A stretch of 64,000 nt of DNA. Origin: Candidatus Woesearchaeota archaeon. GTDB taxonomy: Archaea > Nanobdellota > Nanobdellia > Woesearchaeales > ARS49. The notes under the pieces were generated by a model, which had not been told where the DNA came from, did not search any database, and saw only the letters and a list, made by a program, of their open reading frames with translations. The stretch covers positions 8,457-72,456 of the forward strand of contig WJJS01000013.1 in assembly GCA_014729505.1 (NCBI GenBank), in the 5' to 3' direction. Shown piece by piece: positions 9,619 through 19,983 of the stretch. How positions within the stretch are numbered: position 1 is the first letter of the stretch; every line of letters begins with the position of its first letter. Position numbers and translations under genes: made by a program.

Positions 9619-10097
9619 GGCAAACGATGCAATTGATCAAGCAAATACTGTTCATCACTTGACACTTCAGATACTGAAGACGAAAGAGATTTTTTCTCAG
9701 CAAGAGCGTCACTTAAAGAAACAATCACGGCATCCAATTGCGCTTCTTCTACCTGCTGTGGCTGCCAGGTAAAATCCACACCGTCTTGTTGAAAACGAGG
9801 TAACAAATGAAGCATGACATGATTATGCGTTTGACCAGCAGCAATCCCATTTTGAATCAACAGATTGGAACCCTGAGCTTTAAGACCATCAAAAGCCGCA
9901 GCACCCAATTTATTTGCCACAACAAACAAATGATGCATTACCTCATCAGGAACTTGCTCAATAATAGCAAAATGTTCTTTTGGCAACAAGACAATATGAC
10001 CAGTAGTTGCAGGACGACGCACAAGCTTTGCAAAACACAGCTCATCCTCGTAGAGATGATCGCCTTCCCTCGCCTTACAATACGCACATTCAGTCAT
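9615..10097 (-). CDS. HIT-family hydrolase
   Basis: 160 aa. Histidine-triad region GQTHNHVMLHLLPR and HIT-like N-terminus (CAYCKAREG...). Confidence 0.8.
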   Translation of the reverse strand: MTECAYCKAREGDHLYEDELCFAKLVRRPATTGHIVLLPKEHFAIIEQVPDEVMHHLFVVANKLGAAAFDGLKAQGSNLLIQNGIAAGQTHNHVMLHLLPRFQQDGVDFTWQPQQVEEAQLDAVIVSLSDALAEKKSLSSSVSEVSSDEQYLLDQLHRLP

Positions 10098-10723
10098 TTT
10101 GTCAAAAAATCGGTCAACTCATCAAGACCCGAACCGCCCTTTTTTTCATCAACAATCGCAGCCTCATCCTCTTCGAAACCCTGACCATCATTTTCTGACG
10201 CCCCGTCACTACCGTCACCAGTATCTATCCCGTCAGCAGACTCCTCCTTATCGGATCGTACTTCAACTCCCGGCACATCAAAACCCAAAACCGTCTTAAT
10301 CGATGGCGCAATAGCAGCACGCACCTGCAAGAATTGTTTCTCAGACAGTTCATGTTTTGGAAGATCAAAATGAATACCATCATCAGGAAGGCGGGGAATC
10401 ACATGCACCATAAAATGCTGAGCACGCTGACCACCAGCAACACCATTAGCCACAAACGTTGTCGTGCCCTGAGCCTTTAAACCCTTAATCAATGCACGGG
10501 ACACTTTCTTGGCCACCACTCCCAAATGCCCCATGAGATCATCAGGCAATTGCGGCATAATAGCAACATGCTCACTTGGAATAATCAGCACATGACCCGG
10601 ACTGGCAGGATTAATATCAAGAATCGCAATACACTTATCATCACGATACACCGTTCTAGTGGGCACGGATCCAGCAATCATCTGGCAAAAAATACATTGA
10701 TCGTCCATAAAAAATGCAAACAA
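10094..10723 (-). CDS. HIT-family hydrolase with acidic Gly/Asp-rich C-terminal tail
   Basis: 209 aa tandem paralog of the upstream HIT gene (CIFCQMIAG..., GGQRAQHFMVHVIPR). C-terminal about 50 aa low-complexity acidic tail. Confidence 0.8.
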   Translation of the reverse strand: MFAFFMDDQCIFCQMIAGSVPTRTVYRDDKCIAILDINPASPGHVLIIPSEHVAIMPQLPDDLMGHLGVVAKKVSRALIKGLKAQGTTTFVANGVAGGQRAQHFMVHVIPRLPDDGIHFDLPKHELSEKQFLQVRAAIAPSIKTVLGFDVPGVEVRSDKEESADGIDTGDGSDGASENDGQGFEEDEAAIVDEKKGGSGLDELTDFLTK

Positions 10724-10783
10724 CGCCTCGTTATATAAACATTACCTGAGACGTGCAAGAACAGGCCCCAAAAATATATAAAT

Positions 10784-11248
10784 TTGCAAAAGCTTCCACA
10801 ATGCATGGCACGCGGTTTATCACCCCTCACCACCACAGGACTGCTCCTCTTTATCAGCATATTACTGGGCGCAACAGTCATGACGTTTGGCGAAGAATTC
10901 ATTGAAGAAAGAAACACATTAGCTACGCCGCGATGCGACACCATAAGCATGCACGTCATAGACGTAGGAGGGAACAGCACGCTGTGCTACACGACAAACG
11001 AAGTACGACTCTTTATCGAAAACACAGGAGCAGCATCACTAACCGGTTTTCGCGCACAAATCGTCGGCACAGAAAACGTCCATGATGCAATGAGCGATAC
11101 AAGCATTGAAGCAGGAACAAGCGGATTACTCGTGTTTACCATACCACCACTGGGCATCCCGCAACAAATCCGACTCACTCCAGAACTCGACGCAGGACTG
11201 TGCCCGCAAGAATCACTCACTATTACACCCTTACACCCCTGTTCATGA
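10784..11248 (+). CDS. hypothetical secreted/membrane-anchored protein
   Basis: 154 aa; N-terminal hydrophobic segment then a Cys-containing soluble domain. Confidence 0.4.
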   Translation: MQKLPQCMARGLSPLTTTGLLLFISILLGATVMTFGEEFIEERNTLATPRCDTISMHVIDVGGNSTLCYTTNEVRLFIENTGAASLTGFRAQIVGTENVHDAMSDTSIEAGTSGLLVFTIPPLGIPQQIRLTPELDAGLCPQESLTITPLHPCS

Positions 11249-12024
11249 CACGCATCATTCTCGACATTAAAAAAAATTTAGAAGAAAACGCATCCATCTA
11301 TTTTGATCGCGCAAAAAAAGCAAAGAAAAAAATCAAAGGAGTTGAAGAAGCACTCAAAAGATTTGCACAACAACAACAGACACTAGAAAAAAAACAAGAC
11401 GAATACGCCAAAGAACAACGCACAAAAGCACAACCAAAACAACTCCAACACTGGTATGAAAAATTCCGATGGATACGAACAAGTCAAGGACTTCTCTGCA
11501 TAGGAGGACGAGACGCAACACAAAACGAGATCCTCATCAAGAAATACACAAAACCAACAAGCATCGTGTTTCATGCAGAAATGTCAGGAAGCCCCTTTTT
11601 TATCATTATAGAAGACCACGCAAGCGAGCAAAGCCTCAAAGAAGTAGCAACAACAACAGCAGTATACAGTCGGGCATGGAAACTAGGTCTTGGAAGCGCA
11701 GAAGTATACTACGTTCTCGGCGAACAAATCTCAAAAACCGCACAAAGCGGCGAATACCTTACTAAAGGATCATTCATGATCAGAGGAAAACGCACCAGCT
11801 ATCATCCGCGACTAGAATTCGCAATAGGACTACGCGAACAAGAATTACTCGCAGGACCGCCACAAGCAGTACAAGCACATACAGAAAACATGGTTCGACT
11901 CGTACAAGGAACACAAAAAGCATCAGAAATTGCACGGGAGATCAAAAAGAAACTATCCTACAAAGGACATATCGATGACATCATACGATTATTGCCTACA
12001 GGAAAGATATCGCTTTCTCGATAA
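11245..12024 (+). CDS. NFACT-R/DUF814-domain protein (Tae2/FbpA/RqcH-like C-terminal module)
   Basis: WYEKFRWIRTSQGLLCIGGRDATQNEILIKKY matches the DUF814 signature (F.W..T.dG..v.gGrdA.qNE.L). Start taken at MTRIIL; the ORF opens at 11200. Confidence 0.7.
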   Translation: MTRIILDIKKNLEENASIYFDRAKKAKKKIKGVEEALKRFAQQQQTLEKKQDEYAKEQRTKAQPKQLQHWYEKFRWIRTSQGLLCIGGRDATQNEILIKKYTKPTSIVFHAEMSGSPFFIIIEDHASEQSLKEVATTTAVYSRAWKLGLGSAEVYYVLGEQISKTAQSGEYLTKGSFMIRGKRTSYHPRLEFAIGLREQELLAGPPQAVQAHTENMVRLVQGTQKASEIAREIKKKLSYKGHIDDIIRLLPTGKISLSR

Positions 12025-12079
12025 ACCATATTATATTTATAGATGAAGTACTAACTACAAACCAAAAAAGAGGACGTGC

Positions 12080-13780
12080 ATGAACGATTTAATTATTGAT
12101 ATCGGACTGGTTCTTATCATAGCCACCATACTCGCAATTATAGCCAGGCGACTCGCACAACCCATCATCGTCGGTTATTTAGTAGCGGGCATACTCATGG
12201 GTCCTGCAGGATTTGGGCTCGTTACCAATTCAGAAACCATCGCGTTTCTCTCAGAACTTGGCGTTGTATTTCTACTCTTTATCGTCGGACTCGAAATAAA
12301 CCTGAAACGCATCAAAGGAGCAGGAACAGCAGCATTACTCGTCGGACTCTTGCAAGTACTACTCACCTTTGCAGCAGGATTTGCGCTTGCACGATTCCTA
12401 GGATTTAACAGTGTGACAGCAAGTTATATCGCCATCATTCTCACCTTATCAAGCACAGTTACCGTCATAAAATTGTACGGCGATAAACACGAACTCAACA
12501 CATTACATGGCCGCGTAGCACTAGCAATACTGCTGGTACAAGATCTCGTAGCTATCATAGCACTATCCCTTCTTGCCACACAAGAAACAAGCACCTGGTC
12601 GTTTAGCACGATACTCGTTGGCATTGGAGGCCTGCTCACCATCGCAGTACTCAGTAAACTATTTCTTGACCGACTCTTCACCCTTGTCAGCCGCTGGCCG
12701 GAACTCTTGTATATTACCAGCATCGCATGGTGTTTTCTCTTTGTCATCGCCGCACAGCTACTCGGCATATCAACAGCAATAGCCGCACTGCTTGCAGGCA
12801 TCAGTCTTTCCCCACTGCTCGTTCATCACGAAATAAGCGCACGAATACGACCATTACGAGACTTCTTTGCCACACTCTTCTTTGTCTCCATAGGCATGAC
12901 TATCACGTTTAGCGGCACCAGCGCAACACTCATCGGCATACTAGCACTTTTTGTGATCCTTGTCTGCCCACTGCTGATCATGACAGTAATGAGCATCATC
13001 GGATTTAAGGCAAAACCAAGCTTTTTAACAAGCATCGGACTAGGACAAATCAGCGAGTTTAGCCTCATCATTGCAGGAGCAGGAGTACAAGCAGGACTCA
13101 TCAACATAGAAATCCTCAGCATAACCGCATTACTCGCCGTTATCACTTTTGTCAGTTCCTCCTATTTTATCACGTACGACACCACCGTCTATAGCAGATT
13201 TTCCAGAGTGCTGCGACAATTCGAAAAATTAGGAATCCGACACTTACGACTCCAGTACGGCAACACATCACCCAAACCAGAATATATCATCTTTGGAGCG
13301 CACCGCATGGGCATGCGCATCATCAACACGCTGCGATCAATGAAAAAAAAAGTATTTGTCGTAGATCATGATCCGCAAGTCATCAAAAAACTGATGAAAA
13401 AACGCATCCCCTGCAGGTATGGTGATATCGAAGATCCACACATCATGGAACAAATAGGAATCCACCATGCAAAAATGGTCATATCAACAATTCCACGATT
13501 TGAAGACAACCTGCTCCTCATACAACGCGTTACTGTACTCAATCCACAAGCAGCCATCATAGTAACTGCAGACCACGAACATGAAGGACTGCAACATTAT
13601 GAACACGGAGCACACTACGTAATACTGCCACAAGTACTGAGCGGCAAACACGTCAGCACACTCATGCAAGATCCCATATCCGCAGTAATCAAACGAAAAA
13701 CAAAATACCACAACGCACTGCACAGGGCAAAGAATAATAAACAACGAGGTACACACAACACCTATGATCACCGGAAGTGA
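12080..13780 (+). CDS. monovalent cation:proton antiporter (CPA2/KefB-like) with C-terminal TrkA-N (RCK) domain
   Basis: About 11 TM N-terminal transporter domain; C-terminal Rossmann-type block IIFGAHRMGMRIINTLRSMKKKVFVVDHD. Confidence 0.85.
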   Translation: MNDLIIDIGLVLIIATILAIIARRLAQPIIVGYLVAGILMGPAGFGLVTNSETIAFLSELGVVFLLFIVGLEINLKRIKGAGTAALLVGLLQVLLTFAAGFALARFLGFNSVTASYIAIILTLSSTVTVIKLYGDKHELNTLHGRVALAILLVQDLVAIIALSLLATQETSTWSFSTILVGIGGLLTIAVLSKLFLDRLFTLVSRWPELLYITSIAWCFLFVIAAQLLGISTAIAALLAGISLSPLLVHHEISARIRPLRDFFATLFFVSIGMTITFSGTSATLIGILALFVILVCPLLIMTVMSIIGFKAKPSFLTSIGLGQISEFSLIIAGAGVQAGLINIEILSITALLAVITFVSSSYFITYDTTVYSRFSRVLRQFEKLGIRHLRLQYGNTSPKPEYIIFGAHRMGMRIINTLRSMKKKVFVVDHDPQVIKKLMKKRIPCRYGDIEDPHIMEQIGIHHAKMVISTIPRFEDNLLLIQRVTVLNPQAAIIVTADHEHEGLQHYEHGAHYVILPQVLSGKHVSTLMQDPISAVIKRKTKYHNALHRAKNNKQRGTHNTYDHRK

Positions 13781-15317
13781 TTTACTCATCGCGCATGGCT
13801 TTGTCAAAAAAGGAGTGGACAAAAGCAAGTATAAAGGAGAGACACCTCGAGAAATAAAATCATTCATCAGATCAGAACTTAAAAAAAAGAAAGGAAAAGA
13901 ACGACAAGAATACAAACAACAATTACACGACGACGCAGACCATGACGAATTTGAAATGGTCAAAAACCAAGTTATGCTCGTCGACTATCCCAAACCAGAC
14001 AATAAATACTATCTACTCACAGAAAACTTTCATCAAAGCATTGAACCGCTCTATTTTTGGAGTCTCAACCATTTACAATACGATTTAGGCTTTGGATGGG
14101 TCGAAAAAATCACAGACATCTTCAGCGCTTCAGAACACAGTTCGTTTTGGGGAGCTGCCACAAGCCGTTTAGGATTAGCACAAGACAAAGTACAAAGCTA
14201 TATGGCCCTCATCGGCCAATTCGTGCGCAAAGACCTCTTTCAACTCGTGCGCGATATACGATGGATCGATGAACGACTCGATTATCACCGCAAAGCACGA
14301 AAAGGAGACAAAGACGCCATCACAGTACTCAAAGGCATCTGGTCCGATCTTGTCGATGGCGTCGTACAAGGACAACGAACAGGAGCAAACATCTTCCAAC
14401 TCGCACAACAATTAGGTTTTACACACCTGCCAACACTCTTCTTTGAAACAAACCCTCCAAGCGCAGATGAAGTCGACACATACGTTGATGATCTTGACAC
14501 CACATTACAGGTAAAAAGTATACTGCGGCGAAAACTGCTTGAATTCATGACCTGGATGGATCACAATTTCAAAGAACTCAAACAACGAAAACAATTCGAA
14601 CTCAAATACCTGCGACAACACTATAACATCATCCGCATGTACATTAGCTGGATCAAACCCTACCTCACACATATCGAACGATTAGGAACAGACATGTCAA
14701 AACTCAAAGGACCTGACCTCGTTGCAGCATTTGAAGGCAGCATGATCAACATAGAAGTAGCAGCCATGAAACTGCCAGAAGATAATTCAGAGATCTTTGC
14801 CACAGTCGTCATGACGTTTGATTACCGCACACGACCACAAATGGGAGGAGCATTTACACAAAAAACACCAGGATACCACGAGGGACCGGTTCACGTCGGG
14901 GAAACAAAAATAACATGGCGCGCGTACGCATGGACAGCAGAACAAGTCGAACTATTCAAACAAATGAAGGAACGAGAAGACATAGAATTACTCACAACAA
15001 TTGATGCAGGGATAAAAGCAGCAATGGACGCGATTGGAGACGAATTATGGGAATACCTCGAGCAGGCAGATCAAGAAGTACCAAAAAAAGAAGAAAAACA
15101 AGAAGAAAAAAAGACACCACCAAAACCGGGCATGTTAGACCCATTCAAAGAAGTAGGTAAAGGAGCAGCATCACTCTTTCGCGCATTCATCCCCAAGAAG
15201 AACCACAAAGAAGAAGATCTTGGAAAAGAAAAAGAAAAAGCAGCAGAAGAAGCAAGCAAACTTCTCTACACCCATTACAAGAATTTCAAAAAAAGTCACG
15301 GTATGAGTCACTGGTAA
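13764..15317 (+). CDS. hypothetical protein with K/E-rich C-terminus
   Basis: 517-aa ORF, no recognisable catalytic motif; low-complexity K/E-rich C-terminal about 80 aa. Confidence 0.5.
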   Translation: MITGSDLLIAHGFVKKGVDKSKYKGETPREIKSFIRSELKKKKGKERQEYKQQLHDDADHDEFEMVKNQVMLVDYPKPDNKYYLLTENFHQSIEPLYFWSLNHLQYDLGFGWVEKITDIFSASEHSSFWGAATSRLGLAQDKVQSYMALIGQFVRKDLFQLVRDIRWIDERLDYHRKARKGDKDAITVLKGIWSDLVDGVVQGQRTGANIFQLAQQLGFTHLPTLFFETNPPSADEVDTYVDDLDTTLQVKSILRRKLLEFMTWMDHNFKELKQRKQFELKYLRQHYNIIRMYISWIKPYLTHIERLGTDMSKLKGPDLVAAFEGSMINIEVAAMKLPEDNSEIFATVVMTFDYRTRPQMGGAFTQKTPGYHEGPVHVGETKITWRAYAWTAEQVELFKQMKEREDIELLTTIDAGIKAAMDAIGDELWEYLEQADQEVPKKEEKQEEKKTPPKPGMLDPFKEVGKGAASLFRAFIPKKNHKEEDLGKEKEKAAEEASKLLYTHYKNFKKSHGMSHW

Positions 15318-16114
15318 TGATCATCTTTAGCCATCGCGCAAACGGGTACGGATTTTTAGAAAACAGCCGAAACGCCATACAACACGCACTTGCAAGCGAT
15401 GTGGACGGTATTGAAATTGATCTTCGACTCACAAAAGACAACCACTACGTCGTCTGTCATGACGCGTATCTTGATCGCGTCTCGCGAGGAACCGGACTGC
15501 TACGCAAAAAAACTGCAGCACAACTGCAAAAAGAACGATTACTTGACGGACAAGGACTGCTCTTTTTTAATGAGTTTTTGCAACTCTTACAAACATCAAA
15601 CAAACAGTGCATCATCGAACTCAAAGATAACGGACAAGAACAAGAAGTCATCACACAACTCAAAAAGCATCACCTACTCAAGCAGTGTTTTCTCGCCTCA
15701 TGGAATCCGCACGCACTAGAAAAAATACGACACCTCTCAACACAAGCACAAACACTACTCTACTACGTACCTGTACCGCGCTTTCTCAGATTCATAACAC
15801 TTTCAAGGAAAAAAATGTTTGACGGTGACGAGGTCACGATCGGTCTTAATACCTTTTCAGCAATGAGACCTCAAGATTTCACCGTACTCCTGAGTTCATA
15901 CGTACCACAACTCTCATGTAACGGCATAGGCATACCGCACGTTGCAATACAACCACACGTGATTAAGGCATGCAAGACGCGAGGATTACATCTTATCACA
16001 TATGCAGTCAACAACACAAGTACCTACACGCGTCTACGCGCCCTAGGACTCTACGGCGTGATCAGTGACCGCCCGCGAAGTCTTTATGCAGCACGGTCCG
16101 GAGACTCCATGTAA
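15317..16114 (+). CDS. glycerophosphodiester phosphodiesterase (GDPD family)
   Basis: N-terminal FSHRANGYGFLENSRNAIQHA... and IEIDLRLTKDNHYVVCHD match the GDPD HR(G) / E-N-(T/S) / E-x-D / H-D signature. Confidence 0.85.
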   Translation: MIIFSHRANGYGFLENSRNAIQHALASDVDGIEIDLRLTKDNHYVVCHDAYLDRVSRGTGLLRKKTAAQLQKERLLDGQGLLFFNEFLQLLQTSNKQCIIELKDNGQEQEVITQLKKHHLLKQCFLASWNPHALEKIRHLSTQAQTLLYYVPVPRFLRFITLSRKKMFDGDEVTIGLNTFSAMRPQDFTVLLSSYVPQLSCNGIGIPHVAIQPHVIKACKTRGLHLITYAVNNTSTYTRLRALGLYGVISDRPRSLYAARSGDSM

Positions 16115-16388
16115 CGTCCAAGTTTGGTCACCACCCTGGATTCTTCTTGATTCCTATCATAATGTACTCTGTACAGTGTTTGATTGTCATACACAAAATA
16201 ATATCCATCACCCACATATGCAAAATCCTCATTCATCGCTTCACTAATCAATTCTTCCAGCATACTATCACCCAACACCACAGTATTGACAGTCTTTACA
16301 TAGCTTTACCAGGACAGCCCGAAAAAAAGCCATAAAAATCCCTAAAAATTTCGAAATATTTAAGAAACACGCCCGGGCAAGAAACCAA

Positions 16389-16724
16389 ATGAGAGCACTA
16401 ATCGTTCTCGTCGCGATAGCAATGCTTTGGGGTTGCACAAGCTACCAGGCAACGCTTGAAGAAAATACGACCGCACCGGAAGGAATCAAGGTACTTATAA
16501 GCGACTACAAATTCCATCCACAAACACTTATGGCGAGTGTTAATGATACGATTATTTGGCAAAACCTCGACAAAGACCCTCACAGCATACTATTTCAAGA
16601 AGAGGAATCGCCACTGCTGGAAAAAGGCGACACGTACAGCGTGCGCGTAGAACAACCCGGCAGATTTAATTATTCAAGCGGCAACCACCCGTTTATAGAG
16701 GGAATAATACGGGTAGAGACATAA
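16389..16724 (+). CDS. cupredoxin-fold-like lipoprotein (lacks canonical Cu ligand Cys)
   Basis: Lipobox (AMLWGCTSY); beta-rich plastocyanin-like segment (YKFHPQTL...DTIIWQNLDKDPHS...GNHPF) with no C-terminal Cys/Met ligand set. Confidence 0.45.
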   Translation: MRALIVLVAIAMLWGCTSYQATLEENTTAPEGIKVLISDYKFHPQTLMASVNDTIIWQNLDKDPHSILFQEEESPLLEKGDTYSVRVEQPGRFNYSSGNHPFIEGIIRVET

Positions 16725-16771
16725 AAACAAGACAGAAACCTTTATAAATGGATCGATGGTTTGAACGAGGT

Positions 16772-17035
16772 ATGAAAGGAGTTATCGCCAATTTTCGGGG
16801 AAGTAGACGGAGAAAACGTGGAGACTACATGCTCATCGTTATCGATGGCATTAGTACACGAGAAAAAGCACAAGCACTCGAAGGAAAACCAGTGACATGG
16901 ACTAGTGCTGGAAAGAACAAAACAGCCATTTCGGGCAAAGTAACAGGCGCACACGGCAACAAGGGCCTTGTAAAAGCGCAATTTGAGCGAGGACTGCCAG
17001 GCCAAAGTCTCGGACAAGAAGTGAGCATCGAATAA
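16772..17035 (+). CDS. rpl35ae: ribosomal protein L35Ae (eL33)
   Basis: GKVTGAHGNKGLVKAQFERGLPGQSLGQEV matches the L35Ae signature. TATA tttataaa at 16740-16747, about 28 bp upstream of the chosen ATG. Confidence 0.85.
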   Translation: MKGVIANFRGSRRRKRGDYMLIVIDGISTREKAQALEGKPVTWTSAGKNKTAISGKVTGAHGNKGLVKAQFERGLPGQSLGQEVSIE

Positions 17036-17076
17036 TTCTTCTCTCTTCAGACAAAGTCAGTAATTTCTAATTGGAG

Positions 17077-17574
17077 CTATCTTAAGAAAGCCGGAAGAGC
17101 CGGGAGAATCAAATTCCAAATATAGGGCGACGCAGCTACCAGTCCGCCAACAAAAAACGTGTGAAACCAGGTTTCAGACAAACCACTGATATTTGCCTGA
17201 GCCTTAGTCGCCCGACTCACCGCGTGCACTTTGATTGCCGTAATCACACCAATAATAATACGAATACCTAGCACACTGCTAATCACGGGAACAGTCTTTA
17301 GCGCAGGAATAAGACCCAACACAAACTCTACATTAAATACAGCAAAAGTAGCAACAAGTGCATAAATAAACGCATGAGCGGCATGACCAAATTTGTGCTG
17401 TGGCACAGCTACGTCCTTCATAAGCGTAATTGCTTCATACAAACCAATAATAAGACCGCAAACAATAGCAGACTTCAACTGCAACTCAGGACTGGCCGAT
17501 TTAGCTGCGGTTCGCTGAGCAAACACAATAGGAACAATCACCAAATAAAGCAGCCACCGCAGATGTTTCATCAT
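17077..17574 (-). CDS. hypothetical integral membrane protein
   Basis: 165 aa with signal/TM N-terminus and 4-5 hydrophobic helices. Confidence 0.5.
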   Translation of the reverse strand: MMKHLRWLLYLVIVPIVFAQRTAAKSASPELQLKSAIVCGLIIGLYEAITLMKDVAVPQHKFGHAAHAFIYALVATFAVFNVEFVLGLIPALKTVPVISSVLGIRIIIGVITAIKVHAVSRATKAQANISGLSETWFHTFFVGGLVAASPYIWNLILPALPAFLR

Positions 17575-17616
17575 AACCTCTTTTTATCACTGCATGGTTC
17601 TGCGATTATATAAATC

Positions 17617-18486
17617 TTATGCGGATTCCACATACAAGCGAGAAATTTCCCGTTCCCGTCGCGAAGAAAAATACGCTTCCTGTGCCGCTTCAAAATACGA
17701 TATCGCTTCATCAGGCTGTTCATGAACCGCATGAAATCTCGCAAACCATTCCAGTAGTGCTGATCTACGCACACCAACAGCACGATTCAAGTGACGCTGC
17801 ATAAACGTTACTGCACGTTCCTTATCTCGCAGAGCATACGTATCAGCAACAGCACAAATACTGCCCATGTCACGCAACGACGACGCACCAAGAGTATAAC
17901 GACGCGCACATGATTGATGAAAATGGTCAATAAAAGAATAGTGCTCAGTGGCAAACTCCTCAATAACAACACGAGGCATTTCACGACCATCGAGCGCGCG
18001 ATGCAAACGTTCATGATACCTATTATTTACTTTATTACGAAACCACCCATGAGCACCACTGTACTCCGGGGGAGGATCATGAAGCACTGTATCACTACTT
18101 GCCAGCAAACGATACCCAAAAGGTGAAAGAACCGCGTACTGACGCGTTTTTGGCAACTTCTCACACCAACTATTAGTTACAGCATATTCTGGCGGCAGTT
18201 GATCACAGTCTACGGGCAAACAATACTTGTGCTGCCCATCAAACAAGTGAACATCACCATCCTCTCTGCACAAGCGCAGCTGAAAGACTTCCTTATATGA
18301 CGGTTGCCACGTCATACCCTGTTCATCTGGGAAAAAAACCTGGTGCTGCTCATCTGCAGCAAGTACACACCATTCAGATTCAATAATGCCAATCATCTTC
18401 TTCCTCCACCGCAGGAGAGCGCAGTGCGCGACGATACTCTTGACGAACATGTCTGCGAATACCTCCCGCACGTTCATAGGCTTCAT
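17617..18486 (-). CDS. hypothetical protein (GC-rich, R-rich; helical-repeat-like C-terminus)
   Basis: 289 aa in a local high-GC stretch (about 58%) unlike the neighbours; no known motif. The start may be the internal MIGIIESEW. Confidence 0.45.
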   Translation of the reverse strand: MKPMNVREVFADMFVKSIVAHCALLRWRKKMIGIIESEWCVLAADEQHQVFFPDEQGMTWQPSYKEVFQLRLCREDGDVHLFDGQHKYCLPVDCDQLPPEYAVTNSWCEKLPKTRQYAVLSPFGYRLLASSDTVLHDPPPEYSGAHGWFRNKVNNRYHERLHRALDGREMPRVVIEEFATEHYSFIDHFHQSCARRYTLGASSLRDMGSICAVADTYALRDKERAVTFMQRHLNRAVGVRRSALLEWFARFHAVHEQPDEAISYFEAAQEAYFSSRREREISRLYVESA

Positions 18487-18688
18487 CCAACTCCTCCATT
18501 GTCATACACTCCAAACGCTGCTCAATCGCATCAAAATCCCGTTGTGTCTTGATTCTGCGACGCTCAATGGAATACTCCTGCAGTATCCGATCGTGAAGAC
18601 GAGGTACAGAAAAACAACACGAGATAACACCCACAGCAATAGCAGCATATAGTACCACTCGCGGCCGTTCATAGTCGTAAATTGCCAT
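18380..18688 (-). CDS. small membrane-anchored protein (GC-rich islet)
   Basis: 102 aa; one N-terminal TM (VVLYAAIAVGVISCCF) then a charged R/E-rich tail; same GC-rich composition as the overlapping downstream gene. Confidence 0.4.
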   Translation of the reverse strand: MAIYDYERPRVVLYAAIAVGVISCCFSVPRLHDRILQEYSIERRRIKTQRDFDAIEQRLECMTMEELDEAYERAGGIRRHVRQEYRRALRSPAVEEEDDWHY

Positions 18689-18877
18689 ACTCCTCCTGTG
18701 TTTTGAGCCTTAAAGAACTTTTTTTCCATCATCTGCCATCACTTGCAAAGAAAGCGAAACATGCAACGATCGCAGCGAAGATTATTCGACAAAGAACACC
18801 ATAACCGAAAATCCTGCGACCAGTCTGCAAAACATTTATATACGTCACTATCGCCTTAGTCATTAAAGAGGTGCAAC

Positions 18878-19936
18878 ATGCGACGATTGTTCAACTACAG
18901 CCTACTCACGGTGTTATTTTTACCTGCAGCTTATGCATCAAATCCTGCAGTTGATCGTGTTTTAACCTTTATTCGCGATATCTTCACATCAATCTTCAAT
19001 CCAAGTGCAGAAGGCCTTGGCATTTTTCTAAAATTCCTCATTATTGTTACCACATTTGGCATCGTCTACGAACTGCTGCCAAGCGACTGGAAAAAAGGAG
19101 TGCGCGGCGTTATTGCAGGAGGACTCGCTCTTGGCGCAGGACTCGCCATCCCAACAAGTCTTGCACTAACATCAGGCACACTGCTTGGCGCCATCGTCGT
19201 CGCAGTCATTTTCCTTATACCCTTCGCACTCTTATCCTTAGCAACATATCACGGTATGAACTATGTAGACACGAACTGGAAATATCCGGCCTTTGCACTA
19301 ATGTGGCTGGTCTATTTCACCATACTCGTGTACTTCCTGGCACATTGGGGGCAACTGCTTCAAGCATTCGCATGGGTCTTTTTTGTCGTACTCATCCTTG
19401 CCATCATCTCGCCAATCATCGTACTTGTCCTCATAGGTGTCGCCATTCTCGGCGGCGAAACACGAGAAGGAACGTCATGGAAAAACCTCATGAAAAACAT
19501 CTCACGCAATGACGTCAAAAACAAAGCAACAGATGCCAACAAACATCTGGGACGCGCACAAGCATTACTGCGGGCAGTACCAAAAACCAAGAGCGTCGAA
19601 GCAAAACATGCCAAAATACGCGAAGCTCTATCAGCATTGCGCGCAAGCAAGAACTCTGTAAACCTTATCGCGGCACAAGCAGCAAAACTCTTAGCCGATA
19701 AAGAAATCGCAGATACCACAAAAAAAGACGCCGTGCGAGACGCGCAAGACCTAGTAGGAGAACTCAACGCACTCATGTTCGACCTGCATCCACTGCTCGA
19801 TGAAGAGAAAGGCGATACCATCGATACCTATCTCAAGGATAACGATTACCATGAAAAGGATAAATCAAAGAATCCGATCGCGTTTTTCATGGATCGGATC
19901 AGCATAGTGTCACAAATCACCCGTCAGGGCGATTAG
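18878..19936 (+). CDS. polytopic membrane protein with signal peptide and soluble helical C-terminal domain (paralog 1)
   Basis: Signal peptide (LLTVLFLPAAYAS), about 6 TM segments, then a K/A-rich helical cytoplasmic or extracellular domain. TATA-like tttatata about 40 bp upstream. Confidence 0.6.
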   Translation: MRRLFNYSLLTVLFLPAAYASNPAVDRVLTFIRDIFTSIFNPSAEGLGIFLKFLIIVTTFGIVYELLPSDWKKGVRGVIAGGLALGAGLAIPTSLALTSGTLLGAIVVAVIFLIPFALLSLATYHGMNYVDTNWKYPAFALMWLVYFTILVYFLAHWGQLLQAFAWVFFVVLILAIISPIIVLVLIGVAILGGETREGTSWKNLMKNISRNDVKNKATDANKHLGRAQALLRAVPKTKSVEAKHAKIREALSALRASKNSVNLIAAQAAKLLADKEIADTTKKDAVRDAQDLVGELNALMFDLHPLLDEEKGDTIDTYLKDNDYHEKDKSKNPIAFFMDRISIVSQITRQGD

Positions 19937-19983
19937 GCGCAAACATTAATAAATATCACATTATTACAAAGGCTCGAGGTGCA

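Noticed and set aside
16084-16281. 65-aa minus-strand ORF convergent with the GDPD gene
   Set aside because: Short, overlaps the GDPD 3' end, no motif or promoter evidence; left uncalled.
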